NCBI RefSeq assembly: GCF_009914755.1
Contig: NC_060940.1
DNA from: the human T2T-CHM13v2.0 reference genome, Homo sapiens
Length of the DNA stretch: 64,000 nucleotides
Reading direction: 5' to 3' (one strand)
Below, piece by piece: positions 40,401-55,400 of this stretch (positions are counted from its first letter, which is position 1; every line of letters begins with the position of its first letter). The translations under genes and the position numbers were made by a program. The notes beneath the pieces were generated by a model, which saw only the letters and a program-made list of their open reading frames with translations, was not told where the DNA came from and did not search any database.

Positions 40401-43400
40401 AATCAAATCCAATCATCATTGAATGGAATTGAAACGAATCATCATGGAATAGAATCGAATGGAATCATCAAATGGAATGGAATGGAATCATCATCGAAAG
40501 GATTCGAAGGGAATCATCGAATGGAATCAAATGGAATCATCAAATGGAATTGAATGGAATCATCATCGAATCGACTCGAATGGCATTATCGTCAAATGGA
40601 ATGCAATGGAATCATCCAATGGACTCGAATGGAATAATCGAATGCATTCCAATGGAATCATCAAATGGAATTGAATGGAATCATCGAATGGATTCTAATG
40701 GAATCATCATCAAATGGAAATGGATGGAATCAACAAAGGGCCCCAAATGGAATGATCAAATGGACTCGAATGGAATCATCGTCGAATGGAATCAAATGGA
40801 ATCATCGAATGGACTTAAATGAATCATCATCAAATGGAATCGAATGGGATCATCATCAAATGGAACTGAATGGGGTCATGATCAAAAGGAATCCAATGGA
40901 ATCACCGAATGGTCTCGAATGTAATGATCAAATGGACTCGAATGGAATCATATAATGGAATCGAATGGAATTATCGAATGGACTCGAATGGAGTCATTGA
41001 TGTAGTCTAATGGAATCATCATCAAATGGAATCGAATGGAATCATCAAATGGACTCAAATGGAATCATAGAATGGACTCGAATGAAATCAATGAATGGAC
41101 ATGAATGGAATCATCATCAAATGGAATCGAATGGAATCCTTGAATAGAATCAAATGGAATCATCAAATAGAATTGAAGGGAATCATCATCAAATGAAAAT
41201 GAATGGAATCATTGAATGGAATCGAAGGTAATCGTCATCAAATGGAATCAAATGGAATCATTGAATGGAATTGAATGGAATCACCAATGAGTGGAATCAA
41301 ATGGAATCATCATGGAATGGAATCGAATGGAATCATCGAATGGACTCGAATGGAATCATCATCGAATGGAATCGTGTGGAATCATCTAATGGGCACAAAT
41401 AGAATCATCATCAAATGTAATCAAATGGAATCATCTAATGTACTCGAATGGAATCATCATTGAATTGAATTGAATTGAATCGTCATCTTATGGAATCGAA
41501 TGGAATCATCCTTTAATCGAATCGAATGGAATCGTCAACGAATGGAATCAAATGGAGAAATTGAATGGAACCCGTTGGACACACCAATAAATGCAACCGA
41601 ATGCAGTCGTCAGCAAATGGAATCGAACGATATCATCATTCAATGGAATCGAATCCAATCATCATCGAATGGAGTAGAAACGAATCATCATGGAATAGAA
41701 TCGAATGGAATCATCGAATGGAATCGAATGGAATCATCATCGAATGGACTCGAATGGAATTATCATCAAATGGAATGGAATTGAATCATCCAATGGACTC
41801 GAATGGAACAATCGAATGCATTCCACTGGAATCTTCAAATGGAATCAAATGGAATCATTGAATGGAATCGAATGGAATCATCATCAAATGGAATCAGATG
41901 GAATTAACGTAGAGTCTCAAATGGAATCATCAAATGGACACGAATGGAATCATCGTCGAATGAAATCAAATGGAATCATCGAATAGACTTAAATGAATCA
42001 TCATTGAATGCATTCGAATGGAATCTTCATCAAATGGAATTAAATGGGGTCATGATCAAAAAGAATCCAATGGAATCACCGAATGGTCTCGAATATAATG
42101 ATCAAATGGACTCGAATGGAATCATAAGAAGGAATCGAATGGAATCATCGAATGGACTCAAATGGAATTATCGAATGGACTTGAATGGAGTCATCGAATG
42201 GACTCTAATGGATCAAATGGAATTAAATGGAATCATCAAATGCACTCGAATGGAATCATAGAATGTACTCGAATGAAATCAACGAATGGACACGAATGGA
42301 ATCATTATTGAATGGAATCGAATGGAATCCTTGAATAGAATCAAATGGAATCATCAAATGGAATCGAACGGAACCATCATCGAATGGAATAGAATGGAAT
42401 CATCGAATGGAATCGAAGGCAAACATCATTGAATGGAATCAAATGGAATCATTGAATGGAATCGAATGGAATCACCAATGAGTGGAATTGAAGGGAATTA
42501 TCACGGAATGGAATCTAATGGAATAATCGAATGAACACGAATGGAATCATAATCGAATGGAATCGCGTGGAATCATCTAATGGGCACGAACAGAATCATC
42601 ATCGAATGGAATCGAATGCAATCATCTAATGTACTCGAATGGAATTATCATTGAATGGTATTGAATGGAATTGAATGGAATCATTGAATGGACTCGAATG
42701 GAATCATCATCATATGGAATACAGTGGAATCATCGAATGGACTCAAATATAATCATCAGAGTATGAAATCAAATGGAATTATCAAAAGGACTAGAATGGA
42801 ATCATCATCGAATATAATCAAAAGCAATCATGAAATCGATTCGGACAAAATCATCGAATGGACCCAAATGAAATCATCATCGAATGGAATCATCATCAAA
42901 TGGAATCAAATGGAATCATCGAATGCATTCGAATGAAATCATCATCGAATGGAATCATCGAATGGAATCGAATGGAATCATCATCGAATGGAATCGAATG
43001 GAATCATCATCGAATGGAATCGAATGGAATCATCATCGAATGGAATCGAATGGAATCATCATCGAATGGAATCAAATGGAATCACTGAATGGACTCGAAT
43101 GGAATCATCATCAAATGGAATCGAATGGAATCATCTAATGGATTCAAAAGGAACCATGATCAAATGAAATCGAATGGAATCACTGAATGGACATGAATGA
43201 AATCATCATCAAATAAAATCGAATGTAATCATCAATTGGACTCGAATTGAATATCATCGAATGGAATCAACAGCAATCATCGAAGGGACTCAAAAGGAAT
43301 TATCAAATGGACTTGAATGGAATCATCGAATGGACTCGAATGGAATCATAATCAAATGGACTCAAATGCAATGATCGAATGGACTCGAATGGAATCATCG

Positions 43401-46400
43401 ATTGGACTCAAATGGAATTATCGAATGGGCTGGAAAGGAATCATCGAATGGACTCGAATGGAATCATTATTGAATGGAATCAAATGGAATCATCGAATGG
43501 AATTGAATGGAATCAACGAATGGAATCGATCAGAATCATCATCGAATGGAATCAAATAGAATCATCGAATGGAATTGAACGCAGTCATCATCCAAGTGAA
43601 TTGAATGGAATCATCATTGAATAGGATCGAATGGAATCATCAAATTGAATTGAATGGAATCATCTTCGAATGTAATAGAATGGAATGATCAAATGGAATC
43701 AACTGGAATCATCGAATGGAATTGAAAGGAATCAGCATTGAACGAAATTTAATGGGATCATCATCAAATAGAATCGAATGGAGTCATTGAATGGAATCAT
43801 CATCAAATGGAGTCTAATGGAATCATCAAATGGACTCGAATGGAATCATCAAATGGACTCGGATGGTATCATCAACTGGACACGAATCCAATCATCAACG
43901 AATGGAAACAAATGAAATCATCATCGGATGGATTGGATTGGAATCATCATTGAATGGAATCGAATGGAATCATCGAATGGAATCAGATGGAGTCATCATT
44001 GAATGGAATCTAATAGAAGCTTTGAATGAAATCGAATGGAATCATCTACGAATGGACTCGAATGGAATCATCTTCAAATGGAATCGAATGGAATCATCAT
44101 CGAATGGAATCAAATGGAAACATCATCGAATTGAATCAAAGAGAATCATCATGGAATTGAATCGAATGGCTTATTGTCGAATCAAATTGAATGGAATCAT
44201 CATCATATAGAATTGAATGGAATCATTGAATGGAATCGAATGGAATCATCATCGAATGGAATCGAATGAAATCATCAACGAATGGCATCCAATGTAATCA
44301 TCATAGAATTGAAATCAATTGGTTCATTAAATGAACTCGAATGGAATCATCGAATGGACTGGAATGGAATCATCATCGAATGAAATAGAATGCAATCACT
44401 GAATGGAATTGAATGGAATCATCATCGAATGAAGTAGAATGCAATCATCAAATGGAATTGAATGGAGTCTTCATCGAATGAAATCAATGGCAATGATCGA
44501 ATGGACCCGAATGGAATCATCATCAAATGGAATTGAATGGAATCATCATATGGACTCGAATGGAATCATCATCAAATGGAATCAAAAGGAAACATCGAAT
44601 GGACTTGAATGGAATCATTGAATGGACTCGAATGGAATCATCATGGAATGGAATCGAATGGAATAATTGAATGGACACGAATGGAATCATCATCAAATGG
44701 AATCAAATGGAATCTTCGAATGAAATTGAATGGAATCATCATCGATTGAAATCGAATGGAATCATCACCGAATGGAGTCGAATGGAATCATCATTGAATG
44801 GAATCGATAGGAAACATCATCGAAGGGAATTGAATGGAAATATCATCTAATGGAATCGATAGGAATCATCAACAAATTCAATTAAATGGAGAAATCAAAT
44901 GGGATTCGTTGAAATCATCAACGAATTGAAGCAAATGCAGTCATGATCAACTGGAATTGAATGGAATCATCATCGAATGGAATCAAAAGGAATAATCATC
45001 AAATCAAATAGAATGGTATCATCGAATGGAATAGAATGGAATCATCATTGAAAGAAATCGAAGGGAATCATCAAATGGAATCGAACAGAATCATCTAATG
45101 GAATCAAATGGAATAATCATCGAATGGAATTGAATGGAGTCATCGAATAGACTCCAATGGAATAATCAAGTGGACTCGAATGGAATCATCAAATGGAATC
45201 GAATGGAATAATCGATTGGACTCGAACAGAATCATCATCAAATGGTATCAGATGGAATCAATGAAGGGACTCGATTGGAATCATCGAATGGACATGAATG
45301 GAATCATCATCGAATGGACACGAATGGAATCATCGAATGGAATCGAAAGGAATCATCATGGAATGGAATCTAATGGAATCATGATTGAATGGGATCGAAT
45401 GGAATCATCATCGAATGGAATTGAATATAATCATCATTGAATGGAATCGAATGGAATCATCAATGAATGGAGTCGAATGGAGTCATCGAATGGAGTCTTT
45501 GGAATCATCATCGAATGGAACTGAATGCAGTCAGCATCGAATGGAATCAAATGGTATCATCAAATGGACTCGATTGGATCATAATTGCATGGAATCAAAT
45601 GGAATCATCTAATCGACTCGAATGGAGTTATCTTTCAGAGGAATCGAATGGAATCATGGAATGCGCTCGAATGGAATCATCATCGAATGGAATCGAAAGG
45701 AATCATCAAATGGACTTGAATGGAATCATTGAATGTACTCGAATGAAATCATCATCGAATGGAATCGAATGGAATCATCGAATGGACCCTAATGGAATCA
45801 CCATTGAATGGAATCGAATGGAATCATCAAATGGAATCGAATGGAATCATCATTGAATGGAATTGAATGGAATCTTTGAATGGAATCGAATGGAATCATC
45901 ATCGAATGGATTCTAATGGAATCATCATTTAATGGAAACGAATGGAATCATCAACGAATGAAATCAAATGGAGAAATCGAATGGAATCCATTGGAATCAT
46001 CATCAGATGGAACCGAATGCAGTCATCATCGAATAGAATCGAATGGAGTCATCAAATGGATTATAATGGAATCATCATCAAATGGAATTGAATGGAATCA
46101 TCGAATGGACTCGAGTGGAATGACCATCAAATGGAATCGAATGGAATCATCGAATGGACACAAGTGGAATCATCGTTGAATGAAATCGAATGGAATCATC
46201 GAATGGCATCCAGCAGAATCATGATTAAATGGAATCTAATGGCATCATTGAATGGACTCGAATGGAATCATCGAGTGGGCTTGAGTGGAATCATCATGGA
46301 ATGGAATCGAATGTATACATCGAATGGACTCGAATGGAATCATAATCGAATGGAATCGAATGTATACATTGAATGGACTCGAATGGAATCATAATCGAAT

Positions 46401-49400
46401 GGAATTGAATTAAATCACAATCACATGGAATCGAATGGAGTCATCATCAAATGGATTCGAATGGAATCATAATTTAATAGAATCGAATGGAATCACCGAA
46501 TTGAAACAAATGGAATGATCATCGAATGGAATAGAAGGGATTCATCGAATGCAATTGAACAGAGTCATCGAATGGAGCCGTGTGGAATCATTTAATGGAT
46601 ACGAATGGAATCAACATTGAATGGAATCGAATGGAATCATCAAATGGAATCAAATGTAATCTTCATCGGATGGAAGCGAATGGAATCATCACTGAATGGA
46701 CTCAAATGAAATCATCGAATGGAGTCAGATGGAATCATCATCGATTGGAATCGAATAGAAGCATCAAATGAAATGGAATGGAATCATCAATGAACGGACT
46801 CGTATGGACTCATCATCACATGGACTTGAATGGAATCAATGGAATCATCATCAAATGGAATTGAATGGAAACATCATGGAATTGAATCAAATGGAATCAT
46901 CATGGAATTGATTCGAATGCCTGATCATCGAATGGAATTGAATGGAAACGTCATCGAATGGAATCAAATGGAATCATCAAATATAATCGAATGGAATCAT
47001 CATCGAATGGAATCGAATGTATCCAATGAAAGAAATCGAATGGAATAGTCATCGAATGGAGTTGAATGGAATTATCGAATGGACTTGAATTGAATCATCA
47101 AATGGAATCTAGGGGAATCATCATCGAATGGAATCAAATGGAATCATCAAATGGACTCGAATGGCATCATTGAATTGACTGGAATGAAATCATCGAATGG
47201 ACTCTAATGGAATCCTCATTGAATGGAATCGGATGGAATCCTTGGATAGAATCAAATGGAAACATCAAATGGAATCGAACGGAATCATCATTGAATGGAA
47301 TCTAATGGAATCTTTGAATGGAATCGAAAGCAATCATCATCGAATGGAATCAGATGGAATCATCGAATGGAATGAAATGGAATCATCATCAAGTGGAATC
47401 AAGTGGAATCATAGAATGGAATCAAATGGAATCATTGTCTAATCGAATGGAATGGAATCAATGAATCGAAATGAATGGAATCACCAATGAATGGAATGGA
47501 ATGCAATCATCATCTAATGGAATCAAATGGAATTGTCGAATGAACTGGAATGGACTCATCATCGACTTGAATCATGTGAAATCATCTAATGGGCACGAAT
47601 TGAATCAACATCAAATGGAATCGAATGGAATCATCTAATGTACTCTCATGAAATCAACATTGAATGGAATAGAATGCAATCATGGAATGGAATCAAAAGA
47701 ATCATCATCATATGGAATTGCATGGAATCATTGAATGGACTCGAATGTATTCATTAGAGAATGGAATCAAATGGAATCATCCAATGGACTCGAATGGAAT
47801 CATCATCGAATGGAATCAAATGGAATCATCGAATGGAGTCGAATGGAATCATCATCAAATATAAACAAAAGCCATCATCAAGTGGATTCGAATAGAATCT
47901 TTGAATGGACTCGAATGGAATCATCATTGAATGGAATCTAATGGTATCATCGAATGAACTCGAAGGGAATCCTCAACAAGTGGTATCGAATGGTATCATC
48001 GAATGGAATCAAATAGAATCATCTTCAATTGGCATCGAAAGGAATCACCAAATGGACTTGAATGGAATAATCATTGAAAGGAATCAGATGGAATTATCAA
48101 ATCAAATCGAATGGAATAATCATCGAATGGAATTGAATGGAATCATTGAATGGACTCGAAAAGAATCATCATCGTATTGAATTGAATGGAATCATTGAAT
48201 TGAATAAAAAGGAATCATCATCGAATGGAATCAAATGGAATCATCATGGAATGGAATCAAAAAGAATCATCACAAAATGGAGTACAATGGAATCATCATC
48301 GAATGGAATCAAATTGAATCTCGAATGCCCTGGAATGGAATCATCATCAAATGGAATCAAATGGAAACATCGAATGGACTCGTATGGAATCTTCATCGAA
48401 TGGAATCAAATGGACTCATCGAATGGACTTCAATGGAATCATTGAATGGACTCAAATGGAATCTTCGAATGGACTCGATTGGAATCATCATTGAATGGTA
48501 TCGAATAGAATAATTGAATTTACTCGAATGGAATAATCATCAAATGGAATCACATGGAATCATCATTGGATTTAAAGGAATGGAATCATCATCGAATGGA
48601 ATGGAATGATTCATCGAATGGAATCAGATGGAATCATCATTGAATGGAATCGAATAGAATCTTCGAATGAAATCGAATGGAATCATCATCAAATGGACTC
48701 GAATGGAACCATCATTGAATGGACTCAAATGGAATCATCATCCAATGGAATCAAATGGAATCAACATCTAATGGAATTGAATGGAAACATTGAATGGAAT
48801 CGAATGAAATCATCACCGAATGGAATCGAATGGAATCATCGAATGGACCCTAATGGAATCATTATCGAATGGAATCAGATGGAATCATCAAATGGACTTG
48901 AATGGAGTCATCAAATGGACTCAAATGGAATCATTATTGAATGGAATCGAATGGAATCATTGGAAGGTCTCGAATGGAATCATAATTGAACGGAATTAAA
49001 TGGAATCATTGAATGGAATTGAATGGAATCATCATCAAAAGGAATCAAATAGAATCAGCATCAAATAGAATCGAATGCAATCATCATCAAATGGAATCAA
49101 ATGGAATTTTCATCAAATGGGATCGAATGGAATCATCATGGATTATAATCAGATGGGATCATCTAATGAAAGAGGAAGGAATCATCATCAAAAAGAATCA
49201 AAATAAAACAAAGAATGGAATCCATCGGAATCATCGAATGGAATCATATGGAACCATCATTGAATGGATTCGAATGGAGTCATTACCGAATGGAATTAAA
49301 TGGAATCATTTAATGGACTTGAAAGGAATCTTTGGACTCGAATGGGATCATCGAATGGAATCGAATGGAATCATCATCGAATGAAATAAAATGGAATCAT

Positions 49401-52400
49401 CGAATGGAATCGAATGGAATCATCATCGAATGAAATAACATGGAATCATCGAATGGACTCGAATGAAATCATCGTCGAATGGAATCGAATGAAATCATGG
49501 AATGCACTCGAATGGATTCATAGAATGCACTCCAATGGAATCAACATCGAGTGTAATAGAAAGGAAACATCGAATGGAATTGAATGGAATCATCAAATGG
49601 AATCATCATCGAATGGAATCGAATGGAACCATCGAATGGACTCAAATGGAATCATCATCGAATGGAATCAAAAGGAATCATCGAATAGAATTGAATGGAA
49701 TCATCAATGAAAGGAATTGAATGGAATAATCATGGAATGGAGTCGAATGTAATTATCATCGAATGGAATCGAATGGAAACATCATCGAATGGAATCGAAT
49801 GGAATCATCAATGAATGGAATCAAATGGGAACATCATTGGATGGAATCGAATGGAGTCATCAAATGGAGTCCATTGGAATCATCATCGAATGGAACCAAA
49901 TGCAGTCATCAATGAATGAAATCAAATGGAATCATCGAAAGGACTTGATGGAATCATCATCGCATGGAATCGAATGGAATCATCGAATGGACTCGAATGC
50001 AATCATCGAATGGACTCCATCGTAATCATCATCGAATGGAATTGAATGGACTCATCGCATGGACTCGAATTGAAGTATCATCGAGTGGAATCGAGTGGAA
50101 TCAAATGGAATCATTGAATGCACTCTAATGGAATCACCATCGAATGAAATCTAATGGAATCATCGAATGGAGTCAAGTGGCATCATCATTGAATGGAATT
50201 AAGCGGAATCGTCATTGAATGGAATTGAATGGAATCATCATCGAATGGAATCTAATGGAATCATCATCTAATGGAAACGAATGGAATCATCAACGAATGG
50301 AATCAAATGAAGAAATAGAATGGAATCCGTTGGAATCATCAAATGGAACCGAATGCAGTCATCATCGAATGGAATCTAATGGAATCATCAAATGAATGAG
50401 AATGGAATCATCACCGAGTGGAATTGAATGGAATCATCGAATGAATTCGAATGGAATGACCATCAAATGAAATAGAATGGAATCATCGAATGTACATGAA
50501 TGGAACCATCGTTGAATGGATTTGAATGGAATCATTGAATGACATTGAATGGAATAATCTTCTAATGGAATCTAATGAAATCATCGAATGGACTCAAATG
50601 GAATCATCAAATGGAATTGAGTGGAATCATCATCGAATGGAATCAAATGAAATCATTGAATGGACTCAAATGGAATCATCATCAAATGGAATCGAATATA
50701 ATCATAATCATATGAAATCGAATGGAATCATCATCTATAGGATTCGATTGGAACAATCATTGAATAGAATCGAATGGAATCAACGGATTGAATCAAATGG
50801 AAGGATCATGAAATGGAATCAAAGGGAATCATTGAATGGGATCGAATGGAGTCATTGAATGGAATCCAGTTGAATCATCGAATGGATTCGAATGGAATAA
50901 TCATTGAATGGAATCGAATGGAATCATTGAATGGACTCAAATGGAATCGTCATCAAATGGACTCAAATGGAATCGTCATCAAATGGAATTGAATGGAATC
51001 ATTGAATGGACACGAATGCAATCATCTTTGAATGGACTCGAATGGAATCATCAAATGCAGTCGAATGTAATCATCATCGAATGGAATCATCGAAAAGCAT
51101 CGAATGGAATCATCATCAAATGGAGTCGAATGGAATCATCGAAAGGACACGAATGGAATAATCATGGAATGTAATCGAACGGAATCTTCGAATGGACTCG
51201 AATGGAATAATCATTGAATTCAATCGAATGGAATCATCATCGAATGGAATTGAATGGAACCATCGAATGGAATAGAACTGAATCACCATCGAATGGAATC
51301 AAATACAACCACTGAATGAAATCGAATGGAAACACCTTCGAATGGAATCGAATGCAATCATCAACGAATGGAATCGAATGGAAACGTAGAATGGAATCCA
51401 AAGTAATCGTCATCGAATTGAACCCAATGTAATTATTAAATGGACTCGAATGGAATCATCGAATGGACTCGAATGGAATCATCATCGAATGGAATAGAAA
51501 GGAATCATTGAATGCAATCTAAGGGAATCATCACCGAATGAAATCAAAGGGAATTATCGAATGGACTCGAATGGAATCATCATTGAATGGAATCGAATGG
51601 AATCATTGAATGGACTCGAATGGAATCATCATGGAATGGATTTGAAAGGAAACATCAAATGGATTTGAATGGAATCACTGAATGTTCTTGATTGGAGTCA
51701 TCATCGAATGGAAACAAATGGAATAATCGAATGGACAAAAATGGAATCGCCGTCAAATGGAAACGAATGGAAGCATTGAATGGAATCGAATGGAATCATC
51801 ACTGAATGGAATGGAATGGAATCGTCATTGAATGAAATCGAATGGAATCATCATCGAATGGAATCAAATGGAATCATCATGTACTAGAATCTAATGGAAT
51901 CATCAATGAATGGAATTGAGCGGAGAAATCGAATGGAATCCGTTGGAATCATCATGAATGGAATCAAATGCAGTCATCATCAAATGGAATCGAATGGAAT
52001 CATCATCGAATGGAATTGAAAGGAATCATCAGCAAATGGAATCAAAAGGAATCATTATGGAATAGAATCGAATGGAATCATCAAATGGAATGGAATGGAA
52101 TCATCAAGGAATGGAATCAAAGGGAATCATCGAATGTAATTGAACGGAATCATCTAACAGAATCAAATGGAATCATCATTGAATGGACTTGAATGGAATT
52201 ATCATCGAATGGAATCAAATGGAATCATCGAATGGACTCGAATGGAATAATCAAACGAACTCCAATGGAATCATCAAATGGAATCGAATGGAATCATTGA
52301 ATGGACTCGAATGGAATCATCATCAAATGGAATTGGATGGAATCAATGAAGGGACTCGAAAGGAATCATCGAATTGACACGAATGGAATCATCATTGAAT

Positions 52401-55400
52401 GGAATCTAATGGAATCACTGAATGGACTCGAATGTAATGATGAAATGGATGCGAATGGAATAATCAAATGGAATCGAATGGAATCACTGAATGGACTCGA
52501 ATGGAGTCATCGAACGGACTCTAATGGAATCATCATCAAATGGAATCGTCAGGAATCCTCGAATAGAATCAAATGGAATCATCAAATGGAATCGAACTGT
52601 ATCATCATCTAATGGAATTGAATGAAATCATCAAACAGAATTGAAGGCAATCATCATCTAATGGAATCAAGTGGAATCATCAAATGGAATCGAAGGGAAT
52701 CATCATCAAGTGGAATCGAGTGGAATCTTCGAATGGAATCAAATGGAATCTTTGTCAAATGGAATCAAATGAAATCAGTGGATTGAATTGAATAGAATCA
52801 CCAATGAATGGAATCGAATGGAATCATCATTGAATGGAATCGAATGGAATCATATAATGGACTTGAAAGGAATCATCATCGAATGAAATCAAATGGAATA
52901 ACCGAAGGGACACGAGTGGAATCATCATGGAATAGAATCAAAATTAATCATCAAATGGACTGGAATGGAATATCGTCGAATGGAATCAAAAGCAATTATC
53001 GAATGGACTCAAATGGAATTATCGAATGGACTCGAATGGAATGATCAAATGGACAAGAATTGAAACATGAATTGGAATTACATTGATTTATTGAATGGGC
53101 TCGACTGGAATCATTGAATGGAGTTGAAAGGAATCATTATTGAATTGAATCAAATGGAATCATCGAATGGAATTGAATGGAATCATCAAATGGAATCGAT
53201 CAGAATCATCATTGAATGGAATCAAATGGAATCATTGAACTGAATCGAATGCAGTCATCATCGAATGGAATCGAATGGAATCATCATCGAATGGAATCGA
53301 ATGGAATCATCAAATGGCATCGAATGGAAACATCATTGAATGGAATCTAATGTAATAATCGTTTGGACTCAAACGGAATGGTCGAATGAACTCGAATGGA
53401 ATCATCATCGAATGAAATCGAATAGAATCATTGAATAGCATTGAATGGAATCATCATCGAATGGAGTCAAATGGAATCATCGAATCACTCGAACGGAATC
53501 GTCATGGAATGTAATTGAATGGCATCTTTGAATGGACACGAATGGAATCATCATGAAATGCAATTGAATGGAATCACCACCGAATGGAATCAAATGGAAT
53601 CATCATCGAATGGAATCCTCTTCGCATGGAATCTAATTGAATCATCATCAAATTGAATCTAATGGAATCATCATCGAATGGAAACGAAAGTAATCATCAT
53701 CTAATGGAATTGAATGCAGTAATCATTGAATGACATCGAATGGAATCATCATCGAGTGGAATATAATGGAATCAATGAATGAAATTGAATGGCATCATCA
53801 TCGAGTGGAATCGAATGGAATCACCCAATGGAATTGAATGACATCTTCATCGAGTGCAATCCAATAGAATCATCAAATGAAATTGAATGGAATCGTCATC
53901 GAATGGAATCAAATGGAATCATCATTGAATGGAATCAAATGGAATCGTCATCGAATGGAATGTAGTCGAATCATCATCGAATGGAATCGAATGGAAAAAC
54001 CAGCAACTGGAATCGAATGGGATCATTGAATGGCATCAAATGGAATCATCAAATGGAATCGAACGGAATAATCATCAAATGGAATCGAAAGGAATCATCG
54101 TATGGAAACAAATGAAATCATCATCAAATGAAATCAAAGGGAATCACGAATGGAAATGAATGGAGTCACCAATGAATGGAATCGAATGGAATCATCATTG
54201 AATGGAATCGAATGGAATCATCGAATGGACTCGAGTGGTATCATCATGGAATGGAATTGAGTGGAATCATCATCGAGTGGACTCGAGTGGAATCATCATC
54301 GAACCGAACCGAATGGAATCATCGAATGGACTCCACCAGAATCATCATTGAATGGAATCGAATGGAATCATTCAATGGACTGGATTGGAATAATCATCGA
54401 ATGGACACTAATGGAATCATCATCGAATGGACTCTAGTGGAATCATCATCGAATGGAATCGAATGGAGTCAACATTGACTGAAATCAAATGGAATCATCA
54501 TCAAATGCAATCAAATGGAATCATCTTCGAAAGGAATCGAATGGAATCATGTTATGGAATTAAATGAAATCATCATTGAATGGAATCAAATGGAATCATC
54601 GACTGTAATTGAATGGAATCACCATTGAATGGAATCGAATGGTATAATCATTGAATGGAATTGAGTAGAATCATCGAATTGACTTGAATGGAAACATCAT
54701 CAAACGGAATCAAATGAAGTAATCAAATGGACTCTAATGTAATCATCATCAAATGGAATCGAATGGAATCATTGAGTGGACACGAATGGAATCATCATCA
54801 AATGCAACCAAATGAAATCATGAAAAAATGTAATCAAATGGAATCATCATCAAATGGATTCCAATGGTAACAACGAATGGACACGAATGGAATCATCATC
54901 GAATGTAATCGAATGGAATCATCATATGGAATCGAATGAAAATATCATTGAATGGAATCGAATGGAATCATCGAATGGAATTCCATGGAATCACCATTGA
55001 ATGGAATCGAATGGAATCGTCATCGAATGCAATTGAATGGAATCATCGAAAGGACTCAAACGGAATCATGTTCGAATGGAATAGAGTGGAATCATCGAAC
55101 AGACTAGAATGGAAACATCATCGAATGGAATCAAATGGAATCAAGGAATGGACTCTAATGGAATCATCATCAAATGGAATCGAAAAGAATCATTGAATGG
55201 ACTCGAATGGAATCATCATCAGATGGAATCATATGGAATCAAGAAGAAATGTAATCAAATGAAATCATCATCGAATGGAATCAAATGGTAACATCGAATG
55301 GACACGAAAGGAAACATCATTGAAAGTAATCGAATGAAATCATCGAATGGACTCGAATATAATCATCGAATGCACTTTAATGGAATAATCCTCAAATGGA

